Under the pieces are notes generated by a model that made no database searches, was not told where the DNA came from, and saw only the letters and a program-made list of their open reading frames with translations. A program made the translations under genes and the position numbers. A stretch of 64,000 nucleotides of DNA from Eledone cirrhosa (Eukaryota): assembly GCA_964016885.1 (NCBI GenBank), contig OZ024742.1, positions 112,716,001 to 112,780,000 on the forward strand, written 5' to 3'. Position 1 is the first letter of the stretch; the number at the start of each line of letters is the position of its first letter. Below are positions 47,134 to 60,587 of this stretch, piece after piece.

Positions 47134-50100
47134 GAATGCCATGGTTGACGGAGGCTCGGCTCTGTAAGGTATAGTAATTTTTAACCGATAAAACAATTGT
47201 GAATTGTTTAAAACTTGAACCAAATTGTTGATAAAGACACCCTCCTCCTCGTGAGAAGGGTCTTTCTGTCCGTTATTTGGCCCTTCGGAGTTAAATAACC
47301 AGTTATTGGGGTTTTGTACCCAAAATTTCATTTTAAACAAAAAACAACATGGCTACGACAAAGAAATTTCATACGTCACTCCCACTCATTCCGTCTTCTT
47401 CTTCCTCAATCATCACTACAGCAGAGAGAAGATTGTCTCTCTCCCTCCCTTCTTTAAATGTGTCTCTCTCCCTCCCTTCTCTTTCGCAAGTGACGAAAGA
47501 AAAGAAAAGTCTCGTGCAAAGCGTGCAAGGTTTCTCCACGACGACGACGACAGCGACGAAACAGGTGTGCGGGAAATACGAAAACCCAGTTCATTCGTCT
47601 GACGTCAGGAATAATAGCAGTAGCAGCCGTAATAACAACAGCAACAGTGACAATGAAAACAACAGTAGCAGCCGCAACAGCATCACCAGCAGCATAAACA
47701 ACAACAGCATTAGCAGCAGCAACACCAACAACAACCACAGCAACAGCGGCGGAGGCAGTAGTCGTAGTACCTGCAGCAACAACAAAAGTACCAGCAACTC
47801 TGACGACAACAACAACAGCAGAGAAAAACCAATCTCATTTGCAGGTATTGCGAAAAACTTGGAAACAATCCTCATAACAAATGAGGAATTAGAGGAAGCG
47901 AAGAAGATGGTGACAAAGAACGGACACCGAGCAATCTGCAAGGCAGCGGAAAAAATTTTCGAAACGCAAGAGCACTGTACGGTCACGTACCGTACAGTAA
48001 GTACAAAATCCCGTAGGGTGGAAAGAGCCACAGAGGCCCAAATACAAAAAGCCTTGGGGTTTGTGTGACAGCGGAAAACGCACATCACCCGAGGCAAAAA
48101 ATATGCCACCGTAGACGTACTTTTTGCCACACCCCAGGAGGCAAAGTCCCAATCAGTAGTGACCCTAAGGAGCGAGGAAATGGTGTTGGTGCCCTCCTAC
48201 TGCGGGCAAAAAAATTGTGAGGGTCAAACTGACCCACGTCCCCCCCGGAATGAGCCCTTCTTGGCTGGCCGCGTCTGTCCTCGTCGGAATCGAGGACAAA
48301 ACAACTGTACTGCAAGTACAGAGAAAAGTAAGAGAAGATTGGGTCGGCTCCTCCATTGAGATGCTAATCCAAACCAACCAGGAGTGCGTCGAAGCTATCC
48401 CGGATGTGATAGACTTCGATAACGGCACTCAACTGCCCATAAGTGTTGAGGGCAAACGCCCGAAATGCTTTCGCTGTGGATCGAAGACTCACCTCAGGGG
48501 CTTCTGCAACGAGAAGACCCTGAGAAAGGAGAAAACCCCCCTCCTTCCGAATCCGGCTCCACGGCTACCAGCAACAGGACAAGCGGCAACCAGGAACGAT
48601 AGGTCCGTGGCACCCATACCCACTCCACAGAAATCAAAAACAGCAGCAGCAGTGGAAATATTAACAACAACGACAGCAATACCAAATGCAGCTGCAACAG
48701 AGACTCCAGTGCAAACATCACCAACAACAACAAGTGAAAGAGTGGAGCTGGTACCCCTCCCCGACCTCACAGAATCAGACATGGAGTGTGAGGTGGGAGA
48801 GGGATGGCAAAAGGTCGCAAGAAGGCACAAACGCAGAAGCAGCGCATCGTCGCCTTTGAAAAGGGAGGAAAGAAATGAGAAAAGGGTAAAGTCTACTGCA
48901 AAGAGACCCACAGCAGCAACACCGGCACCACCATCACCACCGGCGACAACCCCACCGCCAACAACACCTTCAACACCACCACCACAAGCACCAACATCGC
49001 AAACACAACAACAAAACACACACACCCAGCAACAACGACAAGAAAATAGCAGAACCACACCCCACCCCCAGAAAAACAAATGCACGGCAATAAACACACA
49101 CAACAAGAAACTAATGACTTACATAATTGAACACACAGACATTTCACAACAGGACTACATAATACCAGCACCAATCAAAACGCCAACTAACATAAGACTG
49201 CTAAAAATAGCACAGACACAATACACAAACATTAAAACGAAATTCCCCAACGCAGTTGGTGATTTCAGGGACCTAGGAGGAACCATCAATCGAAGAGTAT
49301 ATTCAGACATTCTCTTAGAAGAGCCGACGACCAGCCGAAGGAACGATTCAACGGTCCCTTCACCAGACGATCAAGTGAAAAGGGATGTAAAAACCATCCC
49401 TCCTCTACCAAAAGTACGGTAAGTGGTCTTTCCCATCTTTTCCACTCTATTTTAAACATGACCTCACTCAGAATAGGCAGCATAAATGCGCGTGGCTTGG
49501 GGTCGTCATGGAAGCAGGGTCACCTTCTCAACGACCTCAGGTCACTAAACATAGATGTAGTGGCTATCAGCGAGACCAGAATCTCCGAAGCACGGGCCTT
49601 CGCACCGATCTTCGCCGGCTACGATGTGTACGCATCTCCCAGCCGTCCTGGATCGGGTGGAGGAGTTGCTGTGCTTTTTCGGAGAGGTTTGGATCTCGCC
49701 ATACGGGCCATCTTCCTGCACCCAGAGGGTAAGCTGGTGGTGCTGGACGTGACCAGCGGAGACGGGCAAGCTTTCAGGCTAGTGGCCGTCTATGCCCCAA
49801 CAGGAGCAGGGCGGCCTGATTCTTCCGGCGTCTGGAGACCTTTCTTGGAACGTCCCGCTCTTTAGTGTTAGTGGGCGACTGGAAAGGGATCTTAGATGCA
49901 CGCTGGGACTGTGTGGGATTAGCGGATAGGGGTGGAGGGTGCAAGAGCCTCACCAACCTGCTCAGGCGTTTTGAAATGTCTGACAGGTACCGATTGGATT
50001 TCCCGAATGTGCCAATGTGGACTTGGACAAACCGCATAGGGTCATCCAGATCATATCTAGATAGAGTATTTTGTAGGGAAATAGATAGGTCTAGCATAGG

Positions 50101-52842
50101 CTGTCCACAATTCAAGATAGTCAGCTACACGGACCACAAATTCGTGACCTGTGTGCTTGACTTAGATAGGCTTCATAGACGAGGACCCGGCTACTGGAAG
50201 CTAAACGCGTCCTTACCAGCGCGCAAGGCCTACAGAGACCGGATTAGCGAACTAGTTAAGCGGGCGTTGACGGGGGCCATCGTCAACAACAAGTGGTGGT
50301 TTGCTCTGAAAAGAGCGATTAGAATAGAATCGATTAAGTTTAGTAAGGCTTTAGCAATAGAGAAAAATAGAGCAGAGGGAGAATTAGTTAGAAAATTAGA
50401 CGAGGCGCTTAGCAAAGGCATTGCGGCCGACGTGCTTGCGGCGAAATTGGCCCTTGACCAATTCTTGAATGCAAAGCACGAAGGCTGCGTTGTCAGAGCT
50501 AGGGTGCGTGCTCTCAGACACGAGGGGACGAAAGCCGTTCAATGGGCCCGAGTGGCGGAGGCGCGTCGTGGCAACAAAGCCACGATCCGGTCTTTGGTGG
50601 ACCACGACGGGCGCATGCTACTCGATCCCGGGCAAATGTGTGAAGCTTTTCAGCGACACTTCGCTCAGCTGTTCGGGGGCAGCGGGGGGCCGGGTAGAGG
50701 GATGGACTTTAGTGTCTACCTCGACGGATTGCCGCGGCCCTCGGCCACTGAGGCGAGGTGTTGCGAAAAGCCGATAACAGCCGCTGAAGTAAGGGAGGCA
50801 ATGACTGGCTGCACAAGGGGTAAATCGCCTGGTTTGGATGGTCTGCCCTATGAACTTTACGTACAGATGCCAGACTTGTTCGGAGGCCTCTTGGCGGACG
50901 TCTACCGCAACTGGCAACAGAACAGGAGTATTCCCAGTTCTGTGAGCCGAGGAGCGGTGGCACTGCTGAGAAAGGATCTGAACAAGGGGGATAACATAGA
51001 CAATTTCCGGCCCATAACTCTGCTAAACACAGAGTTCAAGATTTTGGCCAAGGTGCTAGCAAAGAGGTTGGCGCTTGTCGTTGGTGGTCTGGTGGGAGAG
51101 GCGCAGACATGCGCCATTCCCGACAGATCCATCCACGACAAACTCCACCTCATGCGATACATCATAGAGAGGGTAGCTAACCTGGCACGGGTGGGTCCTT
51201 GATCAATTTAGATCAGTCGAAAGCTTTCGATAGGGTCGACCATCGTTACCTAGCGGCAGTCCTGAGGGCGGCTGGCTTTGGGCCCGTCTTCAGAGGCTGG
51301 ATCGCTGCCATGCACAGCGACATCTGCTCTGTGGTGAGAGTGAACGGTCACCTGTCGGAACCGTTCAACATCATGCGCTCGGTCCGCCAAGGATGTCCCC
51401 TCTCGTCCCTCTTGTACGTATTGACTCTCGAGCCATTACTGCACAAACTGGAGACGTTGAGGGGAGTCCCGCGCGAACTAGGATGCGGAAGATCCGTGTC
51501 AGCATATGCGGACGATGTCACCGTAGTGGTGTCGAACGCCAAACACATCGAGGCGATCGGCACTACACTAAGAGAATACGAAACGGTGACAGGAGCAATG
51601 ATCAACCAGGAAAAGTCAGTGGGCCTGCACCTCGGCACCTGGAGAGGCAGGTCCATGCCGTCCAACAGCGTCGTCGGGCGCTGGACGGACGGACCGGTTA
51701 ATTTCCTAGGGGTCTGGTTCGGTCCGGACTTCCAGACGGACAAAAACTGGGACGAGGTGACGAGCAGGGTGGCTTCTCTCACCAAGAAATGGGCGGAGAG
51801 GAAGCTATCCCTGAAAGGTCGAGCGGAGGTGGCTAACGCGTACATCGCGTCTGTCATCTGCTACCGCCTAACCGTCGTACCTTGTCCTAAGCCTCGCCTG
51901 ACTGCGCTGGAGCGTTTGCTCTTTCGCTTTTTGTGGAAGGGACGTGCTCCGATGGTCAGGCGGTTCATCTGTTGTCAACACCCGCTACGTGGAGGGCTGG
52001 GCATGCCGTGGCTGATGATGTGCAGGCACGCGCTCAGGCTACGATATCTCCACCTCTTCCTCGACGGTGATCAGGTGTGGTCGCCGTTTGCTAGACGCGT
52101 TTTTCCCCAGCTCGTTTCCTTGACGGAGCTGCAGTCCTGGGTCAAGCGAAGACCGAGAGGGAGTGCCTGGAGACTGGAATGTCTTCAGGCGCTCACAGCC
52201 CTCGACCAATCGGGAAATGTGATCGGTGGAAACTCCACCTCGGCGTTCTATAGAGGATTAGTGGAGGGGAAGAGCGACGACGTACTTGGGGAAACTCTAG
52301 GCGTCGACGAAAATCAACTAGCCAATCTCTTCGGAAGAACTTTCGGGCCAGGGCCTATGGACAACTTCCAGAAATCTCTGGCCTGGCAGTGCTACCGAGG
52401 AGCCTTGCCAGTTCGGGATAAACTCTACAGGCATGGAGGTGCCGTCAGGCGGGCATGTCCGAGATGCGCGCAGGGCGACGAAACCGTCCTGCACGCACTC
52501 GTCGAGTGTCCGAAAATTGCTGACTTGTGAGTTTATGTCGAACACCTGCTGTCGCGTTTAGGACGGATCCGGCTATCATCTGAGTCCATCGTGAGGATTG
52601 CCCCGCCCTCCTCCTTTAGCCGGGAAGGGCGGGCAGTTTTTATCTGCCTGGTGGCCATGGTGAAAGAGATAGTATGGTGGACACGTTTGAAAGGGCTGAA
52701 GACGAGCACTTACCTCTTCGGTGATGCTCTGATTGACTTTTTCAAATTTCATTTGAAAAGGAAAATCAGAGTAGAGAGGGAAGTGCTCTCTTCCCAGCAT
52801 TTTGTTGAAAGATGGGTGAGAGAAGCAAGAATGGCCCGAGTG
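47134..52842 (+). mobile_element. Tx1 copy T4, decayed and lacking its 3' UTR
   Basis: Same ORF1 lesions as T3. ORF2 has a 1-nt deletion (~49820), a 4-nt deletion (~51179) and TGG>TGA (~52528). Homology stops at GCCCGAGTG (52842). Confidence 0.94.
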
Positions 52843-52930
52843 CTTAATTCTATACATGTATAATTACTAGAAACTACGCATCGAGTCCTCATTCGGGTGA
52901 ATATATAGTAACTGGACTTTACAATCCCTC

Positions 52931-52933
<3 letters not shown>

Positions 52934-53024
<91 letters not shown>

Positions 53025-53040
53025 TCTCTATCTCTCTCTC
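52934..53040. repeat. (CT)n microsatellite
   Basis: Direct sequence. Confidence 0.97.
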
Positions 53041-53345
53041 TATATATATGTCGATATATATGTCGATTGCCTCTCTTTGATTTCTAATTACGGGCTGTAC
53101 ATAATCAGTGTTCAATTTGCGTATAAACGCCGATATCACTTAGTTAGTGGTTTAGAAATGCTGAGTGTATGTCTAAAGAAAACGATTATGGTTGCAGTTT
53201 AACATATTTTATACGTATTCTCACCAGAGGTGATTATGCATGGAATCAATTAAGGATACGTCCTGTTCAATTGTGAAACACGTCATATGCTCGATTATTA
53301 ATAAAATATGATAAATATGATAAATGTAAATATAAACATGAATAA

Positions 53346-53416
<71 letters not shown>

Positions 53417-53419
53417 TAT

Positions 53420-53614
53420 ATAGGAACCAGTAAGACCCCGACGGCTGAGCTCAAGCCGTTTCGACGGCTAATTCTGGACTAAGAATTAGCCGTCGAAACG
53501 GCTTGAGCTCAGCCGTCGGGGTCTTACTGGTTCCTATTACCCACTCTACTACCCCAAGTATTGAGTACTCTGGTGCGTTATGGTCCACCTGGTTCCTTAC
53601 CACATTTTCTTCGT
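53420..53614 (+). mobile_element. Short Penelope-like remnant with a perfect fold-back (56-bp arms), inserted in (TA)n
   Basis: Arms 53420-53475 and 53482-53537; the right arm reads stem-GAAA-stem-GTC; the tail recurs at 18535. Confidence 0.55.
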
Positions 53615-54395
53615 TATATATATATATATATATATATGAATATATATATATAAATAATCACACACACATACATATATATATGTTTGCGTGTGTGTGTGTG
53701 TGTGTGTGTGTGCGTGTGTGTGTTGTGTATGTGTATGTAACCATTGTATGAATATTATTGAATCCGCCCGTACATATACATATGTATTGGTGAATGCGTG
53801 TATATATATGAGTGCGTATGAACGTATGTCTGTACAACGTTTTAAAATAGATTTTAGGTATAGATTTTAGGCATAAAGTGTGAAATATATGTTTATATTT
53901 GGATTAATAATGGATCATGTTAGAAGGTAAGTGAAATATAGCCACTACGGATCATTGTTGTTTCATATAATTTTAATGCTTGTTAATGGATGAAACATTG
54001 GCTTAAAAAGATACGTGTTTTAATTAAATGAACAAATGTTCCATTCCTGTAATGCAAATTGTCCATCTACAGTGCATTTAATACATTAATATAATTTCGT
54101 TATCCTACACTTATTTATAATTTATATAGAAAAGCATACTTTGCTAATGCATGTAGAAATAAACAAAAATGCGAAAAAATATTTTCTGAATATTACTTCT
54201 GATTTTCATAGAATATTCAACAAAAAATGCCGGATACACTCCTTACATGTGTGCATTGCACTGCATTGAAATACGCACACAATGAAACATGTAAATGCAT
54301 AGGTATATATACACACACACGCACACACACACATACACACCCACCCACACACACGCACACACACACATACACACACACATATATATATATATATA

Positions 54396-54588
54396 TAATT
54401 CCTAGGGAAATGGTAAAACTCAGCGTACGGAGGCTGTTAAATCTGCAAAATGCCGTCGAAGCAGCGTTCGGTAAATTAGCGGCTTATTACTATTATTTGA
54501 GGTAATATTTTACCCAACATAGCTTCGACACTATTTTGCTGTTTGAACAGCTTCCTTGCGCTGAGTTTTCCTATTTTCCTACGAATTC
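54396..54588. repeat. Imperfect ~80-bp inverted repeat (MITE or fold-back), between (TA)n tracts
   Basis: AAAACTCAGCG..GG.GCTGTT..GCAAAAT..GTCGAAGC versus its reverse complement at 54508-54588. Confidence 0.75.
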
Positions 54589-54649
54589 TATTACACTTGC
54601 GTCTCAAAAATCGATGTTCGAGGTAATTGTATATATATATATATATATA

Positions 54650-54705
54650 TCTACATATATCTATCAATCTATCTATCTATCTATCTCTCTATCTATCTAT
54701 CTATG

Positions 54706-54754
<49 letters not shown>

Positions 54755-54766
54755 GTCTGTCTGTCT
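54650..54766 (+). repeat. (ATCT)n microsatellite, 5' flank of T5
   Basis: Direct sequence. Confidence 0.95.
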
Positions 54767-57700
54767 GCGATGGACACAGGCGTGAAACTTGCTGGGTAAG
54801 TTCTGCCTAAATTTCTATAGAAATTGCTAACTGTAAACCTTCATTTTTATACCAATTTGAAGAGGGACTGCCAGGTCAAATTTTCATCTGACCAGTCTCT
54901 CAAAATAGTCCACGCCTTTAGGCGAAATAGTTCACAAAATGTTTTTTTGGAAAAGTTAACATTTTTTTAAAAATGGCTGAAGCTTCTTCACCAACATTTG
55001 AAGGAGGAAAGAGGAAGATATGCTTACAGCTTCCATCTGCCACTGTCATAGTAGCAGATGTCAATGACAAAGGTCAGCCAGAGGAAGTATTTTCTCCACC
55101 TGCTGACCGACAAGTTGACGTTGCCATGGCAACAAACCAAAAGCATGAAACAATGAACAAAAACAACACGACCAGCGGCACCAGCAACAACAACAACAAC
55201 AATACTCCGAACGAAAACAACACCAACAACAATAACAATAACAACAACAACAAGACCAATAACTGCAACAAAGAATTAAACGACAAAATATCGTTTGCGC
55301 AAACCGTAAAGAAAACGGTAAGCTACACTCCGGTAGATATTTCATATGCAAATGAGCTTTTGAATAACGCCAGACAGTACATAACTTTGGGGGAGACGGA
55401 TCATTCTCCATAAACTCTCCCCCAGATTTGCGAAGAGAAGCTGCCTTGAAAACTGTGGTTTTCAGGACAGTCTCAAACAAAACCAGAAAACCGACTCACA
55501 AGGCGAAATTGAGTTGGTTTTAGAAGATACCTTAAAAGACATTGCTTTCATTCAGAAGGGAAGACTCAACGGGAGTTTATACATTCTGATGAAAGACCAA
55601 CTGACGGCACAGAAATACTCTGTGTCGACAATTGTGTCACTGTTGTTCACCTTTTTCCTCACTTGCATTGGGAAAAGAACACAGAAAATAAAAATACAAA
55701 GTATCACACCAAGTATTGATATTTGGTAGGTACAATGTGGATTTTTAAACCTAGAAAAAGACACAATAATATCGGTAGGTAAGTCCTCCGGCGAACTGTT
55801 CAGCGGAACTAGCCTGGAAAAACTGGTCCAAATGACACCAGAACGAAGAGCTAGGATCTCGGAACGTGTGCTGCTGGATGGACTTATATACATAAACATT
55901 TCGGTCGAGGGTAGCCCTCATGTTACCACTGCCTAAGCAAGGATCACCTGAGAGCTTCCTCTCCTCGGCTAACTAGCCAAAAAAAGACATTACTGCCAAC
56001 GCCTGCAACACCAGCACAACAATCACCCCACCACCACAACAACAACATAAACAAATAGTGACAACAAAACAAACGACAAACACATTCCCACCCAACCCTT
56101 CCCCACCTAAAACAACTCCAGACACATAACAGCCCCCCAAAATGTACCCCTCCCCAACAACACAGATGAGGCCTCATCATCGTCACCCAGTGACGATGAG
56201 AGTGAGCCTTTCCGACCAGTAAAAAGAATAAAAAGAAAAGACATAACACAAACAAAAATGCAACAAACACACACACACCAACACAAGCGACGTAAACAGT
56301 ACAAACAAAAACACCCCCTCCTGAAAACAAAACACCTACTACAAAACGTAAACACACACAAGAACCACAGAAAAAAGCAACACAACACAACAAAAATGTT
56401 ACACCTACATAAATACTAACAATAACACTTTAACAGACACCATATATAAAAACCCTTAGGTGGAGACGGAAGGGAAAACTATTACACACTCTTCGGAGTT
56501 TCCTAATCTTAAAATGATTAGGATTTCCATGGACACACAAACAGTTAAAAGAAAAATTTCCTAACGACGTAGGTAATCCATGCGTCAAACCCTATAACCG
56601 CGTCCTTTTGAAATGTTTCCCTACCCCCACCCCATGCAGCCCCACCCCAACTGACACCCCGTCCCCACCTAACATCTCCGTCCCCACCCCGCCAGAGACC
56701 ATCACCCCACCAAACAACCCCTCCAACATCCCCATGGTAATTGTGTAGCCTGGTTCGCAGGAGATGAAGAGGTGAGTGATTTATTTTCCTCTTTTAACTT
56801 TTCAGCACCAACATGGCCAATATAAAAGTTGAATCTGTGAATGTACGCGGTCTGGGGTTGCCCTGGAAACAAGGCAAACACTTAAACGACCTCAGGTCGC
56901 ACAGTATGGATGTAGTAGCCATTTGCGAGTCCAGGATCCACAGCGAGCTACAACTGGCCCCATCTTCGACGACTTTGAGATCTACGCATCTCTCTGTCAG
57001 CCGGGTGGTGGGGGTGGTGTTGCCGTTTAGCAGCGGAAATACCTGCACCTCGTAACACCGACGGTACATCTGGACCCGGAGGGTCGACTGGTGGTCCTAG
57101 ACGTTGACGGTAGTGAAGGTGGAGGCATATGCCCCATCCGCGACACCGCGGCCAGACTTCTTCAAACGTCTAGAGACTTTTCTGGGAACGTCCCGCTCTC
57201 TGCTGTTAGTGGGGGACTGGAATGGAATCCTAGATGCACGTTGGGACTATGTGGGAGCATGTCCCGATAGAGGGGGTGTAACAGCCTCAAACAGTTAATC
57301 GGCCGATTTGACCTGGCAGATAGATATCGACTAGATTTTCCGACTGTGCCACTGTGGACGTGGACTAAATTCGGCGGGATATCTAGATCGTACCTAGATA
57401 GAAAGAAGGATAGGGACATGTTAAGCTGTCCACAAATGTTCATGGTTGCCTATTCAGATCACAAATTAGTGACCTGCTTAGTCAACTTTGACAAAACCCA
57501 TAGACAGGGACCCGGCCTGGAAGCTGAACTTATCGTTGCCGACATGCAAAGATTACAGTAGACGGAATAGCACTTTAGTTAAGCAGCACTTGACGGGGAC
57601 CATTTTCAACGACGTATGCTGGTACTCTCTCAGAGGGCAGTTAGATTAGACTCGATAGATGTTAGTAAAGAATTAGTGTTAGATAGAAATAAGAACGAAA

Positions 57701-60391
57701 AGGAACTTAGGAGTGGCTACGTAGCCAGCGTGCTAGCGACGTGAACGGCCTTGGACCAGTTCTTCGACGCAAAGCATGAAGGCTGCGTTGCTAGAAGCAA
57801 AATACGTGCTCTGGGAAACGAGGGAGCCAATGCTGTTAGCTGGGCCCGAATGACGGAGGCGAAAAGTGGCAACAAGTCCACGATTCGGTCTTTGAAGTAC
57901 CAAGATGGACGCGTGATAGGTGAGCCGAAGGAGATGTGCGCGGCCTTTCAGCGGCACTTTGCTCAACTGTTCGGGGATGGCGGCGCGCCGGAAGGGTCTA
58001 TGGACATCAGCCCATACATCGAGGGCCTACCGCCACTCTCGGACAGCGAGGCGAAGTTCTGCGAAAGGCCGATTTCGGCCGCTTAGATAGGGAACGTGCT
58101 GAGCCAATGCGGCAAATTCAAATCTCCAGGTCTAGACGGTCTACCATACGAATTTTACGTAGCAATGCCAGACTTGTTCTCCGGTCTCCTGGAAGCGGTC
58201 TACTGCAACTGGCAGAAGAACGGGAGAATTCCCTCTTCTGTGACCAAGATAATTCCCTCTTCTGTGACCAAGAATGAGAATAAGGGGGATGACATAGGCA
58301 ACTTCCGTCCTATACCTCTGCTCAACACAGAATTACAGATTTTGGCCAAGGTCTTGGCAAAGATGCTGGCGCTTGTCGTCCAAAACATGGTGGGAGAAGT
58401 GCAGACATGCGCAATCCCGACCAGGTCCATACACGACAAACTCCACCTCATGCGATACATCATAGAGAGGGTAGGGTGTAAACCCGGCTTCGGTGGGGTC
58501 CTGATCAACTTGGATCAGTCTAAGACTTTCGATAGGGTTGACCATCGTTACCTGGATGCGGTGCTAGTGGCGGCAGGCTTCGAACCCGTGTTCAGGGACT
58601 GGATTGCTGCAATGCACAGCAGCAACATCTGCTCAAGGGTCAAGGTGAACGGCTACTTCTCGGAGCCGTTCCATATCACGCGATCCATCCGACAGGGATG
58701 CACTCTCACCTCCCTTCTGTACGTACTGACTCTTGAGCGACTACTGCGGAAGTCGGAGTTATTGCAGGGCATTTTTTGGGAACGGGGACTGCGAAAAGCG
58801 GCGTCAGCCTACGCCGACGACGTGAGAGTAATGGTGTCTAGCACCTCGCAATTAGAGGAGGTTGGCACCTTACTGGGAGGAATACGAAAGTTTCACAGGA
58901 GCGAAGCTGAACCGGGAGAAATCTGTCGGTTTGCAAGTCGGAACGTGGAAAGGCAAACCGATGCCTTCCGATGGCGTCGTCGAACGCTGCACGAAAGGAT
59001 CGGTAAAGCTGGTGGTGGTCTGGTTTGGTCCGGACCTCCAGGTGGAGAAGAACTGGAAGGAGGTGACGGCCAAGGTGTTTGCGCTCACCCAGAAGTGGAC
59101 CGAGTGCAAACCATCCTTGAAAGGTCGAGCGGAGGTGGCGAACAATTTTATAGCGTCCGTCATCTACTACCGCTTCACCGTCATGCCTTGTTCAGCCAAA
59201 ACGCTCACCAAAATGGAGCGCCCGCTCTTCCCATTTCTTTGGAAGAAACGGGCTCTTTTGGTGAGAAGATCCATCTGCTGCCAACACCCTTCAGACGGAT
59301 GACTGGTATGCCGTGACTGTGGCACCTCCACGTATTCCTCACCAGACAGCCGGTGTGGGCCCCGTTCGTGAGGCGAGCCTTCCCACGACTCGTCTCGCTG
59401 ACCGAGCTGCAGTCCTGGGTCAAGCAAAGACTGAGGAAAATGGGCGCTGGCACGTTGAATGTGCTCAAGCCCTTACATTCTTCTGTCAAACGGACCCGGC
59501 GATCAGTGCATATTCCACTTCAACATTCTATAGAGGGTTGGTCCGCAGCAAGTGCGACGTTACGCTCGGAGAAACTCTAGGCGGAGAAGAGGACGAACTG
59601 GCCAGTCTGTAGGACCTTTCGCCCGGGACCAATGGACAACTTCCAAATGTCCCTGGCTTGGTAGTGCTACCGAAAAGCTCTACCAGTCCGAGACAAGCTC
59701 TAAAGACACGGGCGCCCGGGTAGGGACCCTTCGAAAAAGATTTGTCCGAGATGTGTGCGCGACGACGAAACCGTCGTGCACGCATTTGTACACTGCCCGG
59801 GCGTTACCGTCCTGTGAGGCTATGTAGAACGACTATTGTCCCGGGTGGTACCAATCCAGTTGACCACCGAGTCCATTGTCATGATCAAACCGCCACCCTC
59901 CTTCAAAAACGAGGGAGATGCGGTTTTCCTATGTGTTATGGCTATGGTGAAAGAGCTTATATGGTGGACGAGGTTAAAAGGGCTGATGTCAGACACCATT
60001 CTCTCCAGTGACCAACTGATTCGTTTTTTTCAAATATCATTTTGGAAGAAGAATCAGGAGGGAGAGGGAGGTGCTGTACCCCAGCAAATTTTATAAAAGG
60101 TGGGTGAATGTGGCAAAGATGGCCCGAGTGGTTGGGCCTTCTCTCTATATAATCCTGTAGGTTGAGGGAAAAGAGGAAGAGAGGAAGGGAGTACTCACTC
60201 TTGGTGCTCTTGGAGATGAGGGTTGTACATTTTTAGGGGTGTGTACAACCTCTGTGTAACGCCTCCCCCATATTGGGGATTTCAATTGTTATTTGTTATT
60301 TTATTAATAGTTTAATTTTCATATACCTGTATGTAAACTTCCCATTAGTATTTGTCCCCTTCTTTTGTGCCCTTGTGGCTATTAAAAAATG
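54767..60391 (+). mobile_element. Divergent Tx1/L1-clade family, copy T5, full length but decayed
   Basis: ORF1 from 54973 (ISFAQTVK; decayed CYHC...DHLRAS knuckle) and ORF2 from 56813 (SVNVRG, GDWN, KSPGLDG, YADD); the 3' end CCCTTGTGGCTATTAAAAAATG is followed by (TATC)n. Confidence 0.92.

Positions 60392-60587
<196 letters not shown>

Larger units (their letters stand above)
41902..49216 (+). repeat. 7.3-kb direct duplication, copy 2
   Basis: Matches 30664-37978 and starts at the first A of the same 17-nt ATT tract. Confidence 0.93.

Noticed and set aside
58227-58273. 24-bp tandem duplication in T5 ORF2
   Set aside because: A local slippage lesion in a dead copy.
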